DNA of 64,000 bases, taken from NCBI GenBank assembly GCA_964016885.1, contig OZ024743.1:305784001-305848000 (forward strand), given 5' to 3'. Under the pieces are notes generated by a model that did not search any database, was not told where the DNA came from, and was given only the letters and a program-made list of their open reading frames with translations. The number at the start of each line of letters is the position of its first letter. The first letter of the stretch is position 1. This DNA comes from Eledone cirrhosa. Lineage: Eukaryota. Positions 1 through 11,091 of the stretch are shown in pieces. Both the position numbers and the translations under genes were made by a program.

Positions 1-1035
1 AACTGAATCATTCGCTTAATAGAGGTGTTACCTCCCTTGCTGAATCCCACGGGGGGTCAGTAATAGCCACACTATCTATAGCATCTTGGAGCAAAACCCG
101 TTGATAACACGACTGCCTTGTTCATCATCTCACCAGAAGCCCAACATTCTTTATGTAGGCGGACAGTACCTGATTTGGAGTCGCAGAAACCAATACTGGA
201 TTTTACCATCAGTCCAGGGTCCGGGAAAGTATCAACACATATATTTTTATTGTTTGACCCGAATTACTTGGTCGTTTTGTTTTGGCTGTGCGGATGATAT
301 GTTTAACCATCATCTCAGTGTGTTTGGCCCTTAACGTATGTTGTAGCTCTGATTCATATGATTCATCGAGCGCTTGCCACACATATCGGACGTTGATTTT
401 CGTTAATTCCTGAGCTGAAAACGATTCTCGCTAATTTATATTTGTATTAATCTCCAGAGTCTAGCTATTGAGCAGTTAATTTTATTGATTTTTTCAGTTA
501 CTTATATTGACTGTTGAATTGCTATGTTATATTTAACCATTCTGTCGAGAGCTTTATTCGATTTGTGATATTTTGCATTCTCGCAATAATACACAACTGA
601 ATCATTCGCTTAATAGAGGTGTTACCTCCCTTGCTGAATCCCACGAGGGGTCAGTAATAGCCACACTATCTATAGCATCTTGGAGCAAAACCCGTTGATA
701 ACACGACTGCCTTGTTCATCATCTCACCAGAAGCCCAACATTCTTTATGTAGGCGGACAGTACCTGATTTGGAGTCGCAGAAACCAATACTGGATTTTAC
801 CATCAGTCCAGGGTCCGGGAAAGTATCAACACATATATTTTTATTGTTTGACCCGAATTACTTGGTCGTTTTGTTTTGGCTGTGCGGATGATATGTTTAA
901 CCATCATCTCAGTGTGTTTGGCCCTTAACGTATGTTGTAGCTCTGATTCATATGATTCATCGAGCGCTTGCCACACATATCGGACGTTGATTTTCGTTAA
1001 TTCCTGAGCTGAAAACGATTCTCGCTAATTTATAT

Positions 1036-1037
<2 letters not shown>
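1..1037. repeat. Direct tandem duplication, 594-bp unit (copy 1: 1-594; copy 2: 595-~1037, truncated at a (TA)n tract)
   Basis: AACTGAATCATTCGCTTAATAGAGG occurs at 1 and 595, and identical 82-aa ORFs sit at 86 and 680. I saw only one substitution (CCACGGGGGG vs CCACGAGGGG). Confidence 0.95.
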
Positions 1038-1085
<48 letters not shown>

Positions 1086-1320
1086 TAATTATGTAATAAA
1101 CAACATAAGGCAATTATTTCATTTACCAGTGGTTTCTTAAAAGCAAAAATATTTTGCTTTCAATCATCAGAATGAAAAAATCCTGGCGTATTTATTGACG
1201 TTGGATTTAAAAAAAAAAAATGCAATCTATATGAAAGTGTGGCTGGAAAAGGAAGGAAAGGAAAAATAAAAATAAAAACACACATGCAAACACACACACA
1301 CACACATAAATATATACATA

Positions 1321-1351
<31 letters not shown>

Positions 1352-1934
1352 ACACACATACATACACACGCACATATATACACACACGCACATATATATG
1401 TGTATATATATACACATACACATACATATACACATACATACATACACACATAAATATCAACATGTGCATACATACACATACATATATATAACCACACACA
1501 TATATATATATACACATACACATACATATACATACACACACACATACATACATACATACACACAATCATACGTATATACACACGTACATATATACACATA
1601 TATACACACATATATACACGCATCATTGCGCATGCACAAAAATAGAAATATATACACACACCTCTACATACTCACACACAAATAAATATAAGAAAAAATA
1701 TATAATAATAAAAAACATAAACATGAATATAAAGACTATTATAATGTTGACAGCGATACAGGCAACAAATAAATGAACAAACACACGTGGTAAGCAATAC
1801 ACACAAATGCACGTACACATACATACGTAAAAATAAATACATACACACACTCTCACACATAAATATACATATACAAATACATAAACACATACATACGCAT
1901 ACACAAATACATACACACACATACATATACACAA

Positions 1935-1975
<41 letters not shown>

Positions 1976-2107
1976 TACATACATAACCATACAAATATAC
2001 ACATACATATACATACATATCACAAACACGTACATACAAATACAAACACACACATATATATGTGTGTAAAACTCATTCTTAGATAATTCATATGAACCTT
2101 ATTTAAC

Positions 2108-2148
<41 letters not shown>
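1038..2148. repeat. Compound (TA)n/(CA)n/(TACA)n microsatellite and low-complexity region
   Basis: Visible runs of TA, CA and CATA. They explain the Tyr/Ile/His/Thr-rich and Val/Cys/Met-rich spurious ORFs. Confidence 0.95.
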
Positions 2149-2150
<2 letters not shown>

Positions 2151-2259
2151 AACGAGTAGGACCCCAACGGCTGAGCTCAAGCCGTTTCGACGGCTAATTC
2201 TGGACCAGAATTAGCCGTCGAAACGGCTTGAGCTCAGCCGTCGGGGTCCTACATGTTCC
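2149..2259. repeat. Near-perfect palindrome (48-bp arms, 1-nt loop at 2204) between (TA)n tracts
   Basis: GTAGGACCCC...AATTCTGG-A-CCAGAATT...GGGGTCCTAC spans 2156-2252 with one mismatch. It extends through GGAAC/GTTCC. Confidence 0.95.
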
Positions 2260-2340
2260 CTATTACCCACTCTACTACCCTAAGTATTGAGTACTTTGGT
2301 GCGTTATGGTCCACCTGGTTCCTTACCACATTTCCTTCGT

Positions 2341-2372
<32 letters not shown>

Positions 2373-2857
2373 CATATACACACATATACACATACATACA
2401 TACTCACATACACATATATACCTACACACCCATATATACATATACGTTCACCTCCGTGAATAAGACACTCAAAACCTTTAGGACATGTAGGACATGCCCG
2501 GACATTTCCGTCAACTGAACAAGTGCTGGACTTTGAACAGTCATTTAATAATAGTGTGGTGTTGGACTGAAATACAGTGTTTTGATATTTTCAAGAGATC
2601 AGACTTGTTTAAATTAAATATTTAGTAATTAATGGTTATTTAGTATTTAATATTTACGTCTTAAATATTTGAAATTGTGATTGAAAAATATTGAAACACA
2701 GTGATGATAATATATCCGTCATATATATATAAATAAATAAATATTAATATATATGTATGTATATATATATATATGTATGTATGTATATATGTATGTATAC
2801 GTATATATGCTTGTATGCATGTATGTATGTATGTATATATGTATGTATGTATATATA

Positions 2858-3450
2858 TGGTGCTACTGGTAACATGTATCCCAGTACAACCTGTCCCATG
2901 GTCGGGTCGTTGGCGACTAAACTGGCAACCCCACCAAGGTTTCTTGGTGAGGACGGTGACTTTGGACATCCTGCAGAACTAGAAACAAAACCTGTCAAAG
3001 GGCAAAGGAGCTCTTAAGAGTCAATGGCCATCCAAAATCACCGGGAGAGATGACCCCTTAGCCTTTGTCAAGGCAGAATTCTAGGAGAAGGAAAACTCTG
3101 ATATAACACCTGCAACCCTGATGGTATCCAATGATATTGACTTGTTCTTCTTTTTGGTAAATATCATCTTGGTTAAGAGAGTGGGACTGGCTTTGTGCAG
3201 TGCCTTTGCTCACTATAAAAGCTTCACTGCACATGCATTGCTTTATATCTGGAGATCTCTCTGCACTTGTCGTCACATGGTACCATGGGCCCAGCACCAT
3301 GTGTCAATAATTGTCACAAGTGTAGTGTTTGTACCAGAGTTTTCAAGTCGCTGGCTGGACTAAAAAGTCACACTCGTTCAGCGCATCGGTAGTTCTCCTA
3401 CATGGATATAAAGTAGTGGCCGTACTCGAAAACGAGTTGGCAGCCACCAT
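2858..3450 (+). mobile_element. Short, internally deleted RTE-like non-LTR element (5'UTR-like part joined to 3' end)
   Basis: 3315-3392 reads HKCSVCTRVFKSLAGLKSHTRSAHR*, resembling the C-terminal C2H2-like finger of RTE ORFs. A short 3' stem-loop (ACTCG-AAAA-CGAGT) follows, and TA/TATG microsatellites flank it. Confidence 0.6.
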
Positions 3451-3674
3451 GTATGTATATATATATATGATATTAAATAAATGGAAACTATATTTATAAA
3501 ACCATATTTATTTCGTTATATATATTTCAGGGATATCATATTAACAATATGTTATGCCTTCTTCAGACAAAATACAATATAAACAGTCTTATAAATAAAT
3601 AGATACATATATAGCGTGAACCTAATAAACCTTTATTTGTCTGCCTCTCTGTTTTGTTCCCGTATAAATTTGTA

Positions 3675-3726
<52 letters not shown>

Positions 3727-3938
3727 GTGTGTGTGTGTGTGTATGTATGTAATAATAATAATAACCGAACATTTTAGAGAGTAATAATAATATTTATATA
3801 GAATTATAAATATGGAGGGTAGTACTAAGTACTAGCCAATTACCGGTAATAGAAAAGGCTCAATGTAAATTATCAAATGTGATACAGAGTCGAGATACAA
3901 AATATAAAACAATCAAATCTTAGTTTAATACATTTAAT

Positions 3939-3985
3939 TGCTGACAATTGTTTCTTCCAGACGAATGTCTGGAATCATCGGAGCA
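3939..3985 (-). ncRNA. Minimal type I hammerhead ribozyme-like motif (U4C core variant)
   Basis: Minus strand: TGCT-CCGATGA-TTCCAGAC-ATTC-GTCTGGAA-GAAA-CAATTG-TC-AGCA. Stem I is 4 bp, stem II is a perfect 8 bp, stem III is palindromic (ACAATTGT), and the cleavage triplet is GUC. Confidence 0.7.
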
Positions 3986-4281
3986 TGCACAATGTTTAAA
4001 CAATTTTCTTTAATGCATAATTAATTATTTTCAAAACAAAAAAAGCATTGCCTTAATTATGCAAATTAAATTAATCAAGTGAACAATCTTCTATTTCGTA
4101 ACTATATATGGCTATTATGTAGTTAGATCAAATGGCATTCTGTCTGCTGAGAAAAAATATACAGTATATAGTTTTAGAATTGTCAATATATACCCACAGC
4201 ACCAGTATTTTATTTAAAAAAATAAATGGTCTACTTTGTGCCACACTATAGATATAACAGATAGATAGTTGCATATATATA

Positions 4282-5187
<906 letters not shown>

Positions 5188-5572
5188 TAGATAGAGAGCT
5201 ATACGTGTGTTCGTGCGTATGCGCGAGTGTGTGCGTGTGCGTGTGTGTTTGTGTGTGTGTTATTATACGTCCGTACGAAGCTAAGAGGATATGTGTGTGT
5301 ATAAGTTAGTAAAAGAGTGAGTGTGTGTGCTTCTAAGTACGAAGCTGTAAGTAAAAGTATGTTAATATAAAGAATTGTGTGTGTGTGCATACAGAGCTGT
5401 GAAGGGAAAAGTAGAGGTGTTTGTGCGTATTTATTTGGTCTGTATCGGCTGTAATAATATGTTTTTGATCATAAGAGAATCATAGGAATCTAGGGGTGAA
5501 TGTACAAGCGCGTGTGTGATAACGGAGGGGGTAAATGTGACGGAGGCAAAGGATAGAGAAGGAAGCACAAAC

Positions 5573-6500
5573 TTATATGAGTAATATTAAGGAAATTGGG
5601 GAGGGGAGTTGAGTCCATGAGGGAAACAGTACCCAAGGCGGAAAAATCCTGGTGCGTGAGGCCTTTGATCCGCGATGTAAAAGGACACCCAGGACTAAGA
5701 CATGTGGGGAAGAGTGACCTGGGGAACGGAAATGACGGGCGACGGGGGTATCTAACCTGAGTCGTATGTCCCTCAAATGTTCAGCAAAACGGTCTGCCAA
5801 ACGGCGTCCCGTTTGTTCGAGGTATAAGGACCCACAAAGGGAACACCGGAGGGCATAGACAACGTGGGTGGCCGCGCAGGTGAGGGAGTGGCGGATACGG
5901 AATGAACCGTTGGTGCCTGTGAAAGGGGTGAGGTTGAAAATGAAAGGACAGGTGTTACAGTGGGGACGAGAGCAAGGATGAGAGCCGGGTGGCGTCGTAG
6001 GAAAGGAAGAGAAGGAACTGCGTACAAGGAGGTCATGGAGATGACTGGCGTGCTTAATAGCAGTAATAGGTGGGTTAGGAAAGAAGCGAGAAGTGACGGG
6101 GTCAGAAGAGAGAGTGCGGAAGAAACGAAGAATATGTCGCCGGAGAGGTAGGGTGATGCGTTGGTAGGTGAGGCGAAAAGGAAGGCAGGAGTTGGGAGGG
6201 TGCTGGTGGGGTGAGGGCTGTAGTACGATCGGTTCTACGGTCGCGGATGAGAGCAGCTTCGATCAGAGTGGGAGGATATTCATGATTGATTGAAGCGGGA
6301 GGCCATGTGAATGGAATGTTTCGAAATCGTGGTCGTGGTTACAGAACCGACGAAGACGGAGGAATTGGGAGTAGGGTATGGAGAGTTTGGTGTGGGTTGG
6401 AAGGGAGGAGGTGAAGTCGAGGTATGAGTGTGAGTCATTAGGTTTATAGAAGATGGAAGTAGAGAGGATGTGGTGAGTGTGATCGATAGAGAGAGAGCTG
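5573..6500 (-). mobile_element. Penelope-like retroelement (Neptune-type), 5'-truncated and frameshifted: RT C-terminus, Cys-rich linker and GIY-YIG endonuclease
   Basis: Minus-strand translations: YKPNDSHSYLDFTSSLPTHTK and NSIPYSQFLRLRRFC (PLE RT thumb), PCSRPHCNTCPFI (Cys linker typical of Neptune), and TCAATHVVYALRCSLCGSLYLEQTGRRLADRFAEHLRDIR...PVARHF (GIY-YIG). Confidence 0.9.
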
Positions 6501-6535
6501 TCCGTCCCTTCAATCTTTCTAATTTCTCATTCTTC

Positions 6536-6569
6536 CTTCTCATGAAGGACTAACGTCCGAAACGTTAAG
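6536..6569 (+). ncRNA. Degenerate minimal hammerhead motif in an inverted PLE pseudo-LTR
   Basis: CTT-CTCATGA-A-GGAC-TAAC-GTCC-GAAACGTT-AAG matches the PLE-type CTGATGAAGG...CCGAAACGT pattern with a G5C change. It lies next to the PLE ORF in the opposite orientation. Confidence 0.65.
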
Positions 6570-6656
6570 CCCCTCTTCCTGCTATTTCAAGCGTTAAACT
6601 TATATATTCCTTCCATATACTGTACTGATTATGCAGTTTTTCTGTTTACCTTTTAC

Positions 6657-7303
<647 letters not shown>

Positions 7304-7334
7304 ATAACCTTCGTTTTGTGTAGAAAATTACACT

Positions 7335-7370
<36 letters not shown>

Positions 7371-7474
7371 AAGAGAGAGAGAGAGATAAAATGATAGATA
7401 GATAGATATAAAGACTCTTTACCTCGACAGTCTTATGAGTCATTTTGATCACAAAAGCCAAACGATTTTGCACC

Positions 7475-7710
7475 TTGAAGGATCCCCCGCCAAGGCACAA
7501 GTCCGGGCAAGGTTATTTGTGGAAGACCAGCAAACACCTATACCACAGATGCAGCCCAAAGACAAGCCAAAGGCTGATACAGGTTGGAACCATTGACGCT
7601 GCAACTCATTTCTACAGCTGAGTGAACTGGAGTAACATAAAATAAAGTGTCTTGCTCAAGTACACAATGCACCACCTGACTGGAATGTGAACTCACAACC
7701 TCATGACAGA
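7475..7710 (-). mobile_element. tRNA-derived SINE (CTTGAGCAAGACAC core)
   Basis: Contains CAGCTGAGTGAACTGGAGTAACATAAAATAAAGTGTCTTGCTCAAG, and a homologous opposite-strand copy lies at ~20275-20560. Confidence 0.75.
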
Positions 7711-7857
7711 ATCCAACGATCTCCGTGTGTGTGAATTTTGTATATCTAATAATATATGGTATGTTTAATAAACAAACATTTGGAAAGACTCGCTATGTAT
7801 ATTGAAAGGCTGACAGCTAGCACTGCCTAGAGGATTCCAGCAGAAGCAGAGGGGACA

Positions 7858-7900
7858 ACTGTCAATGTACATTTCAGGTTCTGGCCATCATCAGGACTGT
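7858..7900 (-). ncRNA. Minimal hammerhead-like motif with canonical core and weak stem II
   Basis: Minus strand: ACAGTC-CTGATGA-TGGCCAGAACCT-GAAA-TGTACA-TT-GACAGT. Stem III is palindromic (ATGTACAT) and stem I pairs at 5 of 6 positions. Confidence 0.6.
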
Positions 7901-8034
7901 ACTTCTCCAGCTATCTCCTAGAACTTGAAACAGGAGAAAATATATAGTTTCTTCACCTGTATAGATGGGATGATTAGCCTCATATGCAAATGACACTAGT
8001 TACCAGTGGCATGATTTAAGGACACGGATAATAC

Positions 8035-8813
8035 TACCATCCTTACTCATCCTGAGCCCATTTTTGACCGCTGGAAAAACCACTTTCAAAGCCTTCTCAA
8101 CGACCATGTCACCACTAAAGACTTCCTGCAGACCCCCCACACACACTCCTTGTTCGGCATCGAATGTCTATTCTCGCAAGCCAACATTTTAACAATTTTC
8201 AAGAAAGAAGACCAATCACTCTGTGAAAACTATCGCGGCCACTCACTCCTGAGCATCACTGGCAAGATCTTCATGTTAATCCTCCTGAATTGACTCCTCC
8301 TCATAGCAAAAAAGTGCCTTCCAGAATCCCAATGTGTCTCAGATCTGCATGCTTCATGAGAAAAAGGTTGGGTGAACCATCAAGGTACTCTTTCAGATCC
8401 TTTTCCAAACACTAGTGGTCTCGAACAGGACCATGTGTTGTTCCGACACTCTTCTTCCTATACCTTGTTGCCATGATTAACAAGAGCCCTTCTGACAGCA
8501 CTGTCATTGATATCCGATATATATGCGATGGCAAACTCTTCAGCCTCATCGACTTTGCTTTCATACAAAGAGTACTATCACCCACATGCGAGAACTTCAG
8601 TATGCTGACAACAATGTGACTGTGGACCAGACTATCATCAACCTTCAGAGATCAGCAAACAAGTACAATGAGGCTTACAAACGTTTTAGGATGCAGATCA
8701 ATGTAAAATATAAAAAGATCTTCATTCAACCAGCGCCTGGACAAGCAGCATCGACAGATGTCAGCATCACCATTGACAGACAGCCAGTAGAAATCATCAA
8801 TGGCAGGAGTTGA
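8035..8813 (+). mobile_element. Degenerate RTE (BovB-like) LINE reverse transcriptase fragments
   Basis: IFDRWKNHFQSLLN; ANILTIFKKEDQSLCENYRGHSLLSITGKIF...LPESQC; RELQYADNNV...LQRSANKYNEAYKRFRMQINVK (YADD-like). Stops and frameshifts are present. Confidence 0.88.
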
Positions 8814-8829
8814 AGTTCTGTATGAATGA

Positions 8830-8922
8830 TATAGTGTATTAATGTTGATACTACAGATGAAATGGTGAATTAATGTTGGTACTTCAGATAAAATGGTGTA
8901 TTACTGTTGATACTACAGATAC
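8830..8922. repeat. Three detached copies of the 31-bp minisatellite unit
   Basis: ATAGTGTATTAATGTTGATACTACAGATGAAAT... is the same unit as in 11092-15205. Confidence 0.9.
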
Positions 8923-9240
8923 ATCATTATCATGATCATGATGATGATGATCATCATCATCATCTATCACCATCATCTCCATTTTACTTCCATTCTTCCA
9001 CGCTAGCATGGGTTAAATGGGTTGTCTTGTTGTAGGCAATGCCAGGTCAGGTGACCATTGCTTACTCATACAGAACTGATTTTGGCTTGATTTCTACAGG
9101 TGAATGCCCCTCATAACACCAACCTCATTTACAGTGAGTACTGGGTGCTTTTTACTGTGGTGCCTACACCACAACTTTACAGTGTGGACTGGGTGCTTTT
9201 TTTGTCATGACACCTACACGACCATTTTACAGAGGGAGAG
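8923..9240 (-). mobile_element. RTE-associated SINE/LINE 3' end with (ATG)n tail, plus adjacent repeat fragments
   Basis: The minus strand reads ACCCATGCTAGCGTGGAAGAATGGAAGTAAAATG...(GAT)n. The family assignment is from recalled similarity to octopus RTE/SINE tails. Confidence 0.55.
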
Positions 9241-9369
9241 GGATGGGAGCTTAATGTCTATATGCTTCAGCTTCAGTTTGTACCCATGGGAAGTCAGGTC
9301 TTCTGTATTACTGCGTGACACCAGAGGTCTCGATCCTGTGTCATCACCTTTCAGAGGTGCAATTGGACA

Positions 9370-10395
9370 AGATCAGCTTTTCTCACCTCATCCCAGGTCT
9401 TCTTGGGTCTCCCCACTCCAAGGCTTCCATCGACATTTAGTGCTCATACCAACGCAATCTCCTCTCCTGCACACAGCATTTGATTCCTCTTATGCTTAGT
9501 CTCTCTCTCAATTTCTTTATGCTTTGCAGTTCGTGTATATTCCCATTACATATCCATCGGAGTATGTAAGTTTCATTTCTTTCTAATTTATGCAAGTCTT
9601 CCACAGACACCGCCCAGGTCTCACTGCCATGTAACATTGCTGTTTGTATGCTCGCATCATACAGTCTGCCTTTCATTTTGAGGGAAAAGCCTTTTGCAGC
9701 TAGCAGTGGTAGTAGCCCCCTGAACTTCTTCCATCCCACTCTTATCCTGGTTACTGTACTTTCAGAACACCCACCTCCACTGCTAATTTGGTCACCTAGG
9801 TAGCAGAAGCTGTCTACTGTTTCTACAGAGCCCTCCCAGAATTTGGTAGTGCTTGTTTCCTGCAGTCGTTTGCTGCTTGCTGTCCTGGTGCAACTACTAC
9901 ATGTAAAGCCCATATTCTTAACAAATCTTCCTGAGATCCCACTACATCTCTTGTTTACTCATAGTTTGCATTTGGAGCAGAGGATGGAATTTCTACCTAC
10001 ACCTTTCCTACATACTGAGCAAGGCCATTTCCCTGAGGGGATCTGTGTTCTATTTTCTCTTTTACTTACAAAGACCTTAGTCTTTGTCAGGTTGATTTGA
10101 AGATACCTTCTTTCTAAGCCCTGCTTCCATGTTTGGAATTTCTTCTCTAGTTCCACCATAGATTCAGGTATAAGTGTAAACTCATCTGTGTACATAAGTT
10201 TCCATGGGCATCCACTCCTCTGTTATAGTTTACAATACGATAATAAACAGTATGATAATACACAACAATACGATAATACACCAACCTGTATGTTAAATTC
10301 CTCGTTATAGTCATAGTTAACCATAACTTTGCTGACTGCTCCCCTATACATGGCTTGTACAGCCTTCACAAGTCATTCATCTACTAGTTTTCTAA
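9370..10395 (-). mobile_element. Degenerate RTE-clade LINE (RT domains 5-7, Cys-rich insert and C-terminus)
   Basis: MYTDEFTLI (YADD-like)...INLTKTKV...GKWPCSVCRKGVGRNSILCSKC; VDSFCYLGDQISSGGG...RIRVGWKKF...AMLHGSETW...RRLRWYEH. Confidence 0.9.
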
Positions 10396-11091
10396 GAGCC
10401 AATATATTTATAGCAAGGATTTGATGTCGTGTTGGTAATTGATTGTGTTGTGGTGTTGATTCATTTGTTGCATGTGTGCTCACTTATAGCTTACTGTGTT
10501 GTGTGGTCACTGTTGTGGGATACAGTATGACCAGAGGTTGCATGTGTGCAGATAAGTGAGTAAGTGTTCAATAAGATGATGATGATATGATAGTTCCTTG
10601 ATCACGCAGAAAATGAATATATATAAATGAACCATGGTGACACCAAATCATTATATTATTAATTTATTGAAAATAGCTCACGCCAAAGCTATATGAAAAA
10701 TACACAGGAGTTAAGGACATTATTTGTTTGTAAAAGTAGAGTTAAAGTCGTATTTACCAAGAATATTCATGAACTTCACTGGCTGGGTTGAGAGAGAGAC
10801 CAAGAGATAGAGATGGAGTGAAAGAGAGAGATTAAGAGAAAGCCAGAGTCTGTACGATGCCAAAGAGCCTGTAGAAAGCAAATGTTTTACATGTTTACTC
10901 CAGCTTGCTGCCTGGTTGATCTAAGGCAGGCTATTTATCTGTGTCGCTTCCTCTGTCTCAAGACTTAAGAAAAAAGGGGTGCCCTTTAGAGGTCATCCAC
11001 TCTCAGACCTGTTGATACGCAAAAGGAGATAACCCAGAAAATGACCATTAAATGTTACCCAGGCTTCAAGGAGTGGACAGATTTCAATACA

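Noticed and set aside
86-928. Duplicated 82-aa ORFs
   Set aside because: They start at TTG, have no recognisable domain, and are identical only because of the tandem duplication.
1160-3017. Many Y/I/H/T-rich and V/C/M-rich ORFs
   Set aside because: They are translations of TA/CA microsatellites.
10487-10554. Possible upstream exon (TTATAG...GTGAGT)
   Set aside because: It has splice-like signals only, with no recognisable peptide or phase support.
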